Shown: piece by piece, positions 1 through 8,819 of the stretch
Position numbering within the stretch: the stretch's first letter is position 1
How the letters are laid out: each line of letters starts with the position of its first letter
Assembly: GCA_964437865.1 (NCBI GenBank)
Contig: CAYTJG010000001.1
Location: 5,544 to 69,543, forward strand
Reading direction: 5' to 3'
DNA from: an uncultured Bifidobacteriaceae bacterium
Lineage (GTDB): Bacteria > Verrucomicrobiota > Verrucomicrobiia > Limisphaerales > UBA11358
Length of the DNA: 64,000 bases
Translations under genes and position numbers: made by a program
The notes under the pieces: generated by a model
Told to the model about the DNA's origin: nothing
Databases searched by the model: none
The model's input: only the letters and a program-made list of their open reading frames with translations

Positions 1-423
1 TTGAAGCCTAAAGCCTACCGGACACTGCTGGTGGACAATTCCCCGATAATGCTGAAAATCTTTGCCAAAATTCTGGCCAGAGAGGGCGACTTTACCGTCG
101 TGGGAGCCGCGGTCAATGGCCGGCAGGCACTCGAATATGCCTTAACTTTGAGGCCGAATTTGATCCTGATGGACTTTAACTTGCCTCATCTGAACGGGGC
201 AGAAGCCACTCAGCGCATAAAGCAGTTTGCCAACCCGCCGATCGTCTTCATAGTGACCTCGGACGACTACTCCAGTTCTAGAATGATGTGCAAAGCCGCT
301 GGTGCCGACGCTTTCATCGTAAAAGCGGGGGACCTTTGCGCGGAATTGAGATCAAAACTCAAAGAATGGTTCGGCTCAGCAGCTAACTCCCTTCTAGCGG
401 AAAACCACCGGAAAAGTGCATGA
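1..423 (+). CDS. Stand-alone CheY-like response regulator receiver (REC) protein; the 5' end may be clipped by the window edge (first codon is TTG at base 1)
   Basis: REC hallmarks are present in the translation: 'TLLVDNSPIM', 'LILMDFNLPHLNG' (phospho-acceptor Asp context), 'VFIVTSDD', 'KAAGADAFIVK'. There is no output domain before the stop at 421-423. Confidence 0.8.
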   Translation: MKPKAYRTLLVDNSPIMLKIFAKILAREGDFTVVGAAVNGRQALEYALTLRPNLILMDFNLPHLNGAEATQRIKQFANPPIVFIVTSDDYSSSRMMCKAAGADAFIVKAGDLCAELRSKLKEWFGSAANSLLAENHRKSA

Positions 424-674
424 GGAAAAAACCACCAGGAATCCGAACGCTACCGTCGCTGAAACCAAATTCCTTTACGGTCCGAATTCAACATTGGCAT
501 AACATTAGTTTCAGTCCGGCCATCAGAGTTTGTCCTGTTAAGTCTCCTTTTTCTAAAATCAACAAAAATGCTTTAGGGAAGCGCACGTGTTCATTCACGT
601 GCGAGGCTCACCCGTCCCGAGCATCCTGGCCCGCTCAACGGACTTACCGGCAGTCACGCGCCGGCTGCACCGGC

Positions 675-2633
675 GTGCGCTTCCCAACCGGGCCAAAGCG
701 AAAATATGTTCGCCTGGGCATTCAAATATCTGCGCTGGCGCTATGCGTGATCCTATGCTCCCCCCGACTTGTCGCGCAGGGGACCACCCCAGATGAAAAA
801 GCCGAAAAGTCACAAGCTGGTCAGATGCCGTATTTTGACGCCGTGCCTGATCCGATCGAAGGGTTTAACCGTGGTTCCTGGGCGTTAAACGAATGGCTTT
901 TCCGCGAGGTTATCTATCCGCTGAGTTTTGGGTATAACTTTGCAGTGCCCAAGCCGATCCGGTCGGGGATCAACAACGCTGGCCATAACCTGACCTATCC
1001 GGCGAGGCTGTTCAACAATTGTTGTCAGGGAAAATGGCGTGGAGCTTGGGAGGAAACCGAGCGTTTCAGCGCAAATTCCACTGTCGGGCTGGGCGGCCTG
1101 TTTGATCCTGCGACGCATTGGAAGATCGGGCGTGCCGACCGGGATTTTGGCGAAACCATGGGCTGTTATGGTTATGGTCCGGGATTCTACCTGGTGCTGC
1201 CGATCCTCGGACCGAGCAATGGCCGTGACGCGGTTGGCAAACTGGTTGACATGCCGCTGGACATTTGCTTTTGGATTGGCTGCGCGTATCCGGATGAATT
1301 CTGGCCCGATGTAATCCGGCCTGGCATCGAGGTCAATGACGTGAATGACAATGCGCGGGATTACAAGCGCCAGCTTGATGGGCTGGTGGATCCCTACCAG
1401 ACATTTCGCATGCTTTATTCGTTGAACCGGCAGCGGCTGGTCATGGACTACCTTCCATTATACGACAAGAGTGACAATCCCAATCCCACGATTCGCGCAG
1501 TTCTCTTCAAACCCGCCATCGCTAATTTCGCGGACAAGGCCGTCACTCGTAAAGTCCTGGTGCCGGCCACGGGGAGAAAGCTGACATACTCCTGCTGGAT
1601 GCAAAAACAGCCAGCTCCGTTAGTCTGTTATATCCCCGGGCTCGGTGCCTGCCGGACAGATCGTTCCACGCTGGCTTATGCGGACATGCTGTATCGTCAT
1701 GGATATTCTGTGGTGACCTTCGCCAATCCGTTCCATAAGGAGTTCATGGAGTCAGCCGCAACGATGGCGCTGCCGGGGTATGGTCCGGCAGACTGCGACG
1801 ATGTGGTGAACGCACTCAAATTGATGCTGACCGACGTGCGCAAATGGCAGGGTGACAAAATTACGGGAACCAGTCTGACCGGCATTTCCCACGGAGGCTA
1901 TTTTACTTTGATGATTGCTGCGCGCGAATCCGCCGGCCAGCTCGGCGGGCTGACGTTCGACCGCTACGTCGCGGTCAATCCGCCTCGGCAACTGGCCCAG
2001 GCGGAACAGCGTCTGGACGAAATGTTTGACGCTCCGCTAATCTGGCCGGTGGGCGAACGGCGTAAGCGGATGGAAGAGTCAGTTTACAAAGCATTATATT
2101 TTGACGATAATGGATTGGATGTGTCGGGTAATATTCCGCTTACCCGCACTGAATCCGACTTTCTTATTGGACTTTCCTTCCGTTACACGCTGATGAACGC
2201 TATTGTGGACAGCCAGCGGCGGACGAACTTAGGGGTCTTGAAAGTGAATCCGGCCAAATTCGTTCGTCAGGATTCAATTCGTGAAATCCGACAGATCAAC
2301 TACGTTGAATATACTGACCGCTTCGTCCTGCCCTATTTGATCAAGCGCGGCTATTCGACAAACCGTGTGGAACTGGTTGCCGCTACTGACTTGACACGAT
2401 GCACGGAGTTGCTCCGCGACAATCCCAAAATCCGCGTGCAGATCTGTGAAGACGATTTTCTGCTGACACCGGCGGACGTGCGGTGGTTCCGCTCGACGTT
2501 TGGCGAGCATCTCACTGATTACCCGGTCGGCGGGCACCTAGGCAACCTGCACCTGCCCACTGTACAAGAGGACTTGGTGCGACTGTTTTCAACCCAGGCG
2601 ACAACATGTCCACCACGCACCAGATCATTTTGA
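675..2633 (+). CDS. MlaA/VacJ-family lipoprotein domain fused to a C-terminal alpha/beta-hydrolase (putative lipase/esterase) domain
   Basis: The N-terminal ~230 aa resemble MlaA/VacJ ('PIEGFNRGSWALNEWLFREVIYPLSFGYNFAVPKPIRSGINNAGHNLTYPARLFNN', 'NSTVGLGGLFDPA', 'GCYGYGPGFYLVLPILGPSNGRD'). The C-terminal ~430 aa carry a nucleophile elbow 'GISHGG' plus 'CEDDFLL' and 'VGGHLGNL' as candidate Asp and His. The ORF opens at 420 with an ATGA overlap on the REC stop, but its first ~85 codons are Arg/Ser/Pro-rich and not protein-like. An in-frame GTG at 675 gives a plausible signal peptide ('RFPTGPKRKYVRLGIQISALALCVILCS'). Confidence 0.7.
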   Translation: MRFPTGPKRKYVRLGIQISALALCVILCSPRLVAQGTTPDEKAEKSQAGQMPYFDAVPDPIEGFNRGSWALNEWLFREVIYPLSFGYNFAVPKPIRSGINNAGHNLTYPARLFNNCCQGKWRGAWEETERFSANSTVGLGGLFDPATHWKIGRADRDFGETMGCYGYGPGFYLVLPILGPSNGRDAVGKLVDMPLDICFWIGCAYPDEFWPDVIRPGIEVNDVNDNARDYKRQLDGLVDPYQTFRMLYSLNRQRLVMDYLPLYDKSDNPNPTIRAVLFKPAIANFADKAVTRKVLVPATGRKLTYSCWMQKQPAPLVCYIPGLGACRTDRSTLAYADMLYRHGYSVVTFANPFHKEFMESAATMALPGYGPADCDDVVNALKLMLTDVRKWQGDKITGTSLTGISHGGYFTLMIAARESAGQLGGLTFDRYVAVNPPRQLAQAEQRLDEMFDAPLIWPVGERRKRMEESVYKALYFDDNGLDVSGNIPLTRTESDFLIGLSFRYTLMNAIVDSQRRTNLGVLKVNPAKFVRQDSIREIRQINYVEYTDRFVLPYLIKRGYSTNRVELVAATDLTRCTELLRDNPKIRVQICEDDFLLTPADVRWFRSTFGEHLTDYPVGGHLGNLHLPTVQEDLVRLFSTQATTCPPRTRSF

Positions 2634-2671
2634 AGGTTGGAATACAATACATAATTTAATCCAAGAATCCC

Positions 2672-3109
2672 GTGAAGAACGAGCAAATCATTAAAATAGC
2701 GCGACAACTCGCTGAACCTTTCCGTGTTGATAAAGGCATTTGCAGCTTCGAGCGTTATCTCTCGCGGAACGGTGTGGTGGTGCGCCAGTTTTTCCTCCAC
2801 GTTTCAAAAGGGGAACCGAAGCGGCGGTTCCTGGAACGCCTCAACAACCCGGAAAAAAACTGGAAGTTTTCCGCTGACGACACTGCCGAACATGGATATT
2901 GGGACGACTATATGGAAGTTTATGAAGACATGATTCGGCACACGGCCAGCCCAGCAGCCCCTTGGTATGTCGTGCCCGCCAACAATAAATGGTTTGGCTG
3001 CGGTGTGGTCGCGGCAACGGTCATTGAAACCCTGGCATCGCTTGGTCTCGAATATCCAAAAGTCGGCCGGGCGAAATTAAAGGAACACGTCGCGGCCAAA
3101 GCGGCTTAG
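2672..3109 (+). pseudogene. 3' remnant of a polyphosphate kinase 2 (PPK2) family gene; the N-terminal P-loop half is missing
   Basis: 'FERYLSRNGVVVRQFFLHVSKGEPKRRFLERLNNPEKNWKFSADDTAEHGYWDDYMEVYEDMIRHTASPAAPWYVVPANNKWF' matches the C-terminal half of PPK2 enzymes as I remember them. No Walker A region lies between the upstream stop (2633) and this segment. Confidence 0.65.
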
Positions 3110-3114
3110 GTGAA

Positions 3115-3936
3115 ATGATGGAAATTCCCGATCTATTCAAAAATATGATGTACGCAAAATTCAAGTGGCCCCGCGGACTCAGCCTGGCAATCCTGCTGGC
3201 GACCGGCGCAACGTCTGTGGTTTTTTCGAGCGACGCCGCCGGCGACGGTCTTTCGTCGAGCCAAATCTTGCAAAAGGTGCTGGAGAATTATGCCTCCCTG
3301 GCAAGTTACAGTGATGAGGGAAAAGTCGTCGTGATCATGGGCGGCACCACCAACTCTTCCGATTTTACCATCCGGCTGGCCCGGATGAATCTTTACCGAA
3401 TCGAATGGCAACAAAACAGCGCATCTTCGTCCACCAAAAATGCCGGTCCTCAAGCAGTCTGGTCGTCCGGTGCTGGCGATCATCTGGAGATAGGATTTGG
3501 ACAGCAATACCAATGTAGCCGGGAGATTGCTTTGGCCGAGGCGTCCATCTATTCCGATGGCGCGGCCGTAGACATTCCGCGGATATTTTTCAATATGCAA
3601 TGGGAAGACCAGCTTGCTGATCTAGTGTTGGGCGAGAATCAACAAACCGACGAGAAGGTGGAAGGCAAGGATTGTTACGTTTTTACCGGAGAATCACAAG
3701 GTCGGACGAAGACGCTTTGGATTGGCAAGCAGGACTTTCTGATCCATCAAGTGCGAATTATATTGAGTGCTGAAGCCATAAAGGCCATGTCCTCAAAATG
3801 GACTCCGAGTTTGATGCTGGATGTGCATGGCTTCACTTCAATCGAGATTCACACCAATATTGTGGTGAACAGAAAATTTTGTCGGTCGGATTTTGTTCCG
3901 TCATTCCCCTCATTTCCGTCCGTCGACAGTGAATGA
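3115..3936 (+). CDS. Secreted hypothetical protein, possibly with a LolA-like / DUF2092-like fold
   Basis: Signal-peptide-like 'GLSLAILLATGATSVVFSSDA'. 'SSSQILQKVLENYASLASYSDEGKVVV' and 'GKDCYVFTGESQGRTKTLWIGKQDFLIHQVR' resemble LolA-like lipoprotein-carrier-fold proteins. The assignment rests on pattern memory only. Confidence 0.45.
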   Translation: MMEIPDLFKNMMYAKFKWPRGLSLAILLATGATSVVFSSDAAGDGLSSSQILQKVLENYASLASYSDEGKVVVIMGGTTNSSDFTIRLARMNLYRIEWQQNSASSSTKNAGPQAVWSSGAGDHLEIGFGQQYQCSREIALAEASIYSDGAAVDIPRIFFNMQWEDQLADLVLGENQQTDEKVEGKDCYVFTGESQGRTKTLWIGKQDFLIHQVRIILSAEAIKAMSSKWTPSLMLDVHGFTSIEIHTNIVVNRKFCRSDFVPSFPSFPSVDSE

Positions 3937-4123
3937 TAATGGATGAGGTTTTAAGGAGTTAATATTCTGCATTTTTAACTTTAAGGGAAGTTCTATCCCG
4001 GCAGTTTGGCATCGGTCCAAGGTGCCCTGGGCGCGTGTTGCCGAATTCAGATAGCTGATTTGCGCCAGCGGGAGAAAACGCGGCGTAACCGGCAAGATTA
4101 CAATAACAAACCAATACGATATT

Positions 4124-5233
4124 ATGATTGAGGAAAAATTAGCCATGGAGCTTTTTCATCGCGCGCTGAAGGTGGCCGTCGATGGGAATGCGTCGGATAT
4201 TCACATTAAAGTCAACGCGCCGGTGGTACTCCGCATTAGTCGCGAACTGGTGGCGCTGGAAAGCCCGCACCCCACGCTGGAATGGATGAACCTCGTGGTG
4301 GACATGATCACACCCCGGCACCTGAAAAAACGTTTGGAGGAGGAGCGTGAGGTGGACTTTTCCTATTATCAACCCGAAATCGGGCGGTTTCGCACAAATT
4401 TGTTTCAACAACGCGGGCAATGGTGTCTGGCGATGCGCTATGTGAGGAACCAAGTGCCAAGCTTTGATAAACTCGGCTTGCTGACACAGATTAAAACTCT
4501 GGCCGAAGAACCCCGCGGGTTTGTGCTCGTGGCCGGAACCACAGGTTCCGGCAAATCCACTACACTCGCGGCAATGATCGAACATATCAACACCAACTTC
4601 AAGAAGCACGTAGTGACGCTGGAGGATCCCATTGAATATGTTTTCGAGGACAACCAATCCGTCATTGAACAGCGGGAGGTCGGGCTGGACACGCAGTCCT
4701 TTCACCACGCACTGAAACACATGTTACGGCAGGATCCCGACATCATCATGATTGGCGAAATGCGCGATGACATTAGTCTCGCCGCCGCCATGAGCGCGGC
4801 CGACACCGGGCACTTGGTGTTCTCCACCATCCACACCACCAACGCCAGCCAGTCGGTCACCCGCATCCTGGATTTCTTCAAGGCGGAGGAGCGCGACCAA
4901 GTCCGCCGCCAATTGGCCGACACCCTGCGTGGCGTGGTCTGCCAGCGGATGGTTCCCTCGCTCGATGGAAAAATGGTCCCGGCCTTGGAAATCATGATCA
5001 ACTCCCCGATGGTCCGCAAACTCATCGAGGAAAACCGGCTCGATAAACTTTCCGTGGCCATCGAAACCGGCAGCGACGACGGCATGCTCACCTTCAACCA
5101 GTGCCTCTATAATCTGGTGAAAGCCGGGAAGGTTTCGGAAAAGGAAGCGCTGGCCAAGGCTACTAATCCCCAAGCTCTGGAAATGAATTTTAAAGGCATT
5201 TTCCTCAATGAAGGCGGACGCATTATCAGTTGA
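4124..5233 (+). CDS. pilT: PilT-family type IV pilus retraction ATPase
   Basis: Walker A 'GTTGSGKSTTLAAMIEHIN', 'TLEDPIEYVF', 'ALKHMLRQDPDIIMIGEMRD', 'GHLVFSTIHT'. The length (369 aa) is typical of PilT/PilU. No other pilus assembly genes are adjacent. Confidence 0.85.
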   Translation: MIEEKLAMELFHRALKVAVDGNASDIHIKVNAPVVLRISRELVALESPHPTLEWMNLVVDMITPRHLKKRLEEEREVDFSYYQPEIGRFRTNLFQQRGQWCLAMRYVRNQVPSFDKLGLLTQIKTLAEEPRGFVLVAGTTGSGKSTTLAAMIEHINTNFKKHVVTLEDPIEYVFEDNQSVIEQREVGLDTQSFHHALKHMLRQDPDIIMIGEMRDDISLAAAMSAADTGHLVFSTIHTTNASQSVTRILDFFKAEERDQVRRQLADTLRGVVCQRMVPSLDGKMVPALEIMINSPMVRKLIEENRLDKLSVAIETGSDDGMLTFNQCLYNLVKAGKVSEKEALAKATNPQALEMNFKGIFLNEGGRIIS

Positions 5234-5300
5234 CATATTCAGTCAAACGCGAAGGACGCTGGCTTTCTGAAATTGAAACGCGATGGGTTCTTACCTGGTG

Positions 5301-6968
5301 TCAGGCGGGTCGCTTGAGTCCCATTTTATTCATGCGCGAAATCAAGGTGGTTGGTTTTACACCAAGAAGTTCCGCTGCGCCATCCTCACCTCTGATTTTC
5401 CACCCGGTCTTTTCAAGAACTGCAATTAGGTTCTCACGCTCGCGCTGCTGCATTTCTGTTTCCGTGAAAAACCCGGGTTCCGCATGGGAATCGTCACCCG
5501 GTTTGGTCGGGCGCACAGGTGCCGACGCTTTGCTGGTGGGCAAATCAAATTCCAGGGCGCCGCCGCGCGCCAGGATGACGGCGCGTTCAATCACGTTGCG
5601 CAATTCGCGGATGTTGCCTGGCCAGTCGTAATCCTGGAGGCGAACCACGCCAGCCCGCGTCAAACGAGGTTTGGGGCACTTGAGCTCCTTGGCCGATTGT
5701 TCCACGAAATGTTTCGCCAGCAGCGGGATATCATCTTTTCGCTCCTTTAGGTCGGTAACGTGGATGGGAAACACGTGGAGCCGGTAATAGAGATCCTCAC
5801 GGAAATGGCCGGCCGCGACTTCTTTTTTCAAATCCCGGTTAGTGGCCGCGACGATCCGCACGTCGGCGTGCCGGGTGCGGTCTTCCCCCACGCGTTCGAA
5901 GCTTTTCTCCTGCAATACGCGCAGGAGTTTGCCCTGCAATTCAAGAGGAACCTCACCGATTTCATCCAGAAACAAAGTCCCCCCTTCGGCGGTTTCAAAG
6001 CGCCCGGCTCGGTCCTTGATGGCCCCGGTGAAAGCGCCCCTGGCATGGCCGAAAAATTCGCTTTCATATAGATCTTTGGGAATGGACGCGCAATTGACGC
6101 GGACCAGCGATTTGTCTTTCCGCTGGCTGCGCTTGTGGATTTCATGCGCGACCAGTTCCTTGCCCGTGCCAGTCCCGCCCAGGATGAGCACCGAGGCATC
6201 GGTTGGCGCAACCAAGTCGATCTGACTGACGATTTGCCGCAAGGCCGCGCTTTGACCGACCAAGTCGCCGAAGGCCTTGGCTTCCACAACTTCCTCCTGA
6301 AGATAGGCGTTTTGCTGTTCGAGTTGCGACTTAAGCCGATGAATCTCTTCGAAGGCCCGCGCACTGGCGATGGCAGCGCCGAAATGGTCGGCAAAGATTT
6401 GGCCCCAGGGCCGTGCGCCGTCCGGTATGTCCTTACGCGCGAAAGAGGCGAAGACCCCCAAAACCTCGCCTTTGAAAGTAATCGGCGCGCCGCTGAATGC
6501 TCTAATTTGCTCGTCTGCATTGAGAGCGAAGTCTCGAATTCGCTCTTGTACCAAGTCCAATTCGGCCAGCTTCTCCGACCGCTCCCCCAAGCCGTTCAGG
6601 GAGAACTGCTCACCGGTCGCCGCTACCCTGCCTATCAAACCGACTCCCAACGGTATCCGTCCATTGGGATCGTCGAAGCGTGAAATATCCGGTCCAGACT
6701 TGCCGATTGGATTGCCCTCGCCCGCGACCAAATGCAAACAGCGGCTCTGGTCGGAGCACTTTGATCTTTGTGGACAAACCGGGCAGAGATCCCCCTTGTC
6801 AATCAGCCAAATCTGGAAGCATGCCATATCCAACTGATTTAGAGTCATGGCATTATGAACAAACTTCTTCAGCAGCTGCTCCACGGAATGCTCGTGGGCG
6901 ATATCCAAGAGCAATCGGGTCGCGAGATTTGGATCGAATCGGCTGTCAATGTCGGGTGCCATGAACAC
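5301..6968 (-). CDS. Sigma-54-dependent transcriptional activator (GAF sensor, AAA+ domain, Fis-type HTH)
   Basis: AAA+ Walker A 'GGTGTGKELVAHEIH', the sigma-54 contact loop 'ESEFFGHARGAFTGA', 'GTLFLDEIGE', 'WPGNIRELRNVIERA' and a C-terminal HTH 'AAELLGVKPTTLISRMNKMGL'. The N-terminal ~200 aa are GAF-like. Confidence 0.9.
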   Translation of the reverse strand: MFMAPDIDSRFDPNLATRLLLDIAHEHSVEQLLKKFVHNAMTLNQLDMACFQIWLIDKGDLCPVCPQRSKCSDQSRCLHLVAGEGNPIGKSGPDISRFDDPNGRIPLGVGLIGRVAATGEQFSLNGLGERSEKLAELDLVQERIRDFALNADEQIRAFSGAPITFKGEVLGVFASFARKDIPDGARPWGQIFADHFGAAIASARAFEEIHRLKSQLEQQNAYLQEEVVEAKAFGDLVGQSAALRQIVSQIDLVAPTDASVLILGGTGTGKELVAHEIHKRSQRKDKSLVRVNCASIPKDLYESEFFGHARGAFTGAIKDRAGRFETAEGGTLFLDEIGEVPLELQGKLLRVLQEKSFERVGEDRTRHADVRIVAATNRDLKKEVAAGHFREDLYYRLHVFPIHVTDLKERKDDIPLLAKHFVEQSAKELKCPKPRLTRAGVVRLQDYDWPGNIRELRNVIERAVILARGGALEFDLPTSKASAPVRPTKPGDDSHAEPGFFTETEMQQRERENLIAVLEKTGWKIRGEDGAAELLGVKPTTLISRMNKMGLKRPA

Positions 6969-7117
6969 CGATACTGCCAGAGGCCATCACATAGTTTCAA
7001 GCTGGAAGGAACAAAACGAACGGTTGATCGAACGTTCAATATTTCGACTCGTCCATCTAGGTGCCTGTAATCTCGTTAGGTACTGTGCATCAGCATATTA
7101 TAAACCAATGAGGTCGG

Positions 7118-7133
7118 TGGCGTGATTGCTGCT
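7118..7133 (+). promoter_or_regulatory. Weak candidate sigma-54 (-24/-12) promoter upstream of the glycosyltransferase gene
   Basis: 'TGGCGTgattgCTGCT' has the GG-N10-GC spacing of the TGGCAC-N5-TTGCW consensus. It lies ~180 bp upstream of the 7313 start, in the AT-rich divergent region shared with the sigma-54 activator gene. Confidence 0.25.
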
Positions 7134-7312
7134 TCTAAGTTTCCAATGCTCGACGGATTCAATAATGTAAACGTGAATAAAGACTGTAAACGAATCATTA
7201 AGACTCGCGAAGCATTGTTCGATCGGGATGTCTTCATGTCGGACGAACCCTCCGTGAACGCCACAATTTCTTCGCCCAAAGGCGTATGGAATAACCAACA
7301 GGGAACGAGCGA

Positions 7313-8476
7313 TTGCATTCCATTAATTTAATTTTTGCCTTGCTTGCGATCTTGAGCCTTGCCCTTGCCCTGTGGCAATGGATCGCCGCGCGAAGATTCC
7401 CGTTGCATGAGAAAAATGCCCGGGCGGACTTCGCCCCAGCGGTTTCAATCCTCAAGCCGCTCAAAGGCTGCGACGAAACCACCCGGGAGTCACTCGAAGC
7501 TTGGTTTAAACAAATTTACACTGGCGAGGTTGAGATCATTTTTGGCGTCGCGAGCGCGAACGATCCTGTCTGCGAAATTGTCCGCGGGCTCATCGCCGAA
7601 AATCCTGGTTGCGCCGCGCAAATCGTCTTCTGCAAGCAGTTGGGTGGCATGAACGCCAAGGTCGCGCAACTTGTCCAGCTTGAAAGGCTCGCGCAGCACG
7701 ATTTGATCCTCATCTGCGACGCCGATGTGCGCGTGCCGCCGGATTTCCTTGGTAATTTTGTGGTGCCGCTCCGCGATGAGAAAACTGCGCTCGTGAATTG
7801 CTTTTACCGTCTGGCAAATCCCGTGACGACGGCAATGCAGTGGGAAGCGGTGGCCATCAATGCCGATTTCTGGAGCCAGGTGTTGCAGTCGCAGACTTTG
7901 AAACCGCTCGATTTCGCACTCGGCGCGGCGATTCTGGTCCGGCGGCGTTCGCTGGCTGAGATTGGCGGGTTTGCGTCGCTCGCCAATTGCTTGGCGGATG
8001 ATTATCAGCTTGGCCAGCGCATTGCCAGGAACGGCCATCGCATCGCGCTTTGTCCGGTGGTCGTGGAGTGCTGGGACGCACGGCAGGGTTGGGCTGAGGT
8101 ATGGAAACATCAACTCCGCTGGGCACGAACCATTCGCGTCTCTCAGCCCACGCCCTATTTTTTTAGCATCCTGTCGAACGCCACACTTTGGCCGTCGCTG
8201 TGGCTCGTTGTGTCGTTCCTGACCACTTCGAATTGTCACCTGCCGCTGGTCATCATTGCCTGCATCGTTATTCGGATCGGCCTTGCGCAAGATTTGCAGC
8301 GCCGCCTGACGCCGGAGCGCAACCTGGTCTCGCCCTGGTGGCTGGTGCCAGTAAAGGATTTATTGTGCGCGGCAATCTGGCTCGGCGCATTTGCGGGCGA
8401 CACGGTGGAATGGCGCGGGCGCCGGATGAAATTGTTGCGCGACGGAACCTTGCTCGCGGACTCCATGACTCGATGA
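7313..8476 (+). CDS. Membrane GT2/GT21-type glycosyltransferase, HpnI / ceramide-glucosyltransferase-like
   Basis: An N-terminal TM helix, 'VSILKPLKGCDETT', 'ICDADVRVPPDF' (DxD region), 'HQLRWARTIR' (Q/RxxRW-type motif) and C-terminal TM helices. This layout is typical of the HpnI/ceramide glucosyltransferase family. Confidence 0.65.
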   Translation: MHSINLIFALLAILSLALALWQWIAARRFPLHEKNARADFAPAVSILKPLKGCDETTRESLEAWFKQIYTGEVEIIFGVASANDPVCEIVRGLIAENPGCAAQIVFCKQLGGMNAKVAQLVQLERLAQHDLILICDADVRVPPDFLGNFVVPLRDEKTALVNCFYRLANPVTTAMQWEAVAINADFWSQVLQSQTLKPLDFALGAAILVRRRSLAEIGGFASLANCLADDYQLGQRIARNGHRIALCPVVVECWDARQGWAEVWKHQLRWARTIRVSQPTPYFFSILSNATLWPSLWLVVSFLTTSNCHLPLVIIACIVIRIGLAQDLQRRLTPERNLVSPWWLVPVKDLLCAAIWLGAFAGDTVEWRGRRMKLLRDGTLLADSMTR

Positions 8477-8626
8477 CGTGGCCGCCGAATATTTCCCATC
8501 GCCAATCCATGGTTTCGGAGTGGAACAGACGATTTTCTGCACGTCCAATATTTCGACTTGGCAAAAAATGGCGTGTACTTACACAAGATGGCCAGCATCA
8601 GATAGATGCGAATTGCGAGCGCAAGT

Positions 8627-8642
8627 TGGCACGCATCTTGTT
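8627..8642 (+). promoter_or_regulatory. Candidate sigma-54 promoter upstream of the efflux operon (imperfect -12 element)
   Basis: 'TGGCACgcatcTTGTT' has a perfect -24 box and correct spacing, but the -12 element is TTGT instead of TTGC. It lies ~190 bp upstream of the probable OMF start. Confidence 0.3.
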
Positions 8643-8819
8643 TAAACATGTTGAAAGTCGGGACGCGGTCGAAAACATGAACACTGATAAAGCCCAGGAC
8701 GTCGACGTTAGCCATCCACATTTAGAATCGGGAATTCTAGAGTGGAACTGGCCAACCTTGGTGACTGCCCGAACCGCTTCGCCCGACAACGCAAAGCACA
8801 ACTAGGAGGTTTGCTGCAA

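Noticed and set aside
420-674. The 5' extension of the MlaA-fusion ORF, starting at an ATG that overlaps the REC stop (ATGA).
   Set aside because: The first ~85 codons ('MRKKPPGIRTLPSLKPNSFTVRIQHWHNISFSP...') are not protein-like and precede an obvious signal peptide, so a start at GTG 675 is preferred. The ATGA overlap keeps 420 as a formal alternative.
5230-5631. A 133-aa + strand ORF overlapping the pilT stop.
   Set aside because: It lies almost entirely antisense to the 3' end of the sigma-54 activator gene, whose HTH motif is clear, and its translation has no recognisable features.
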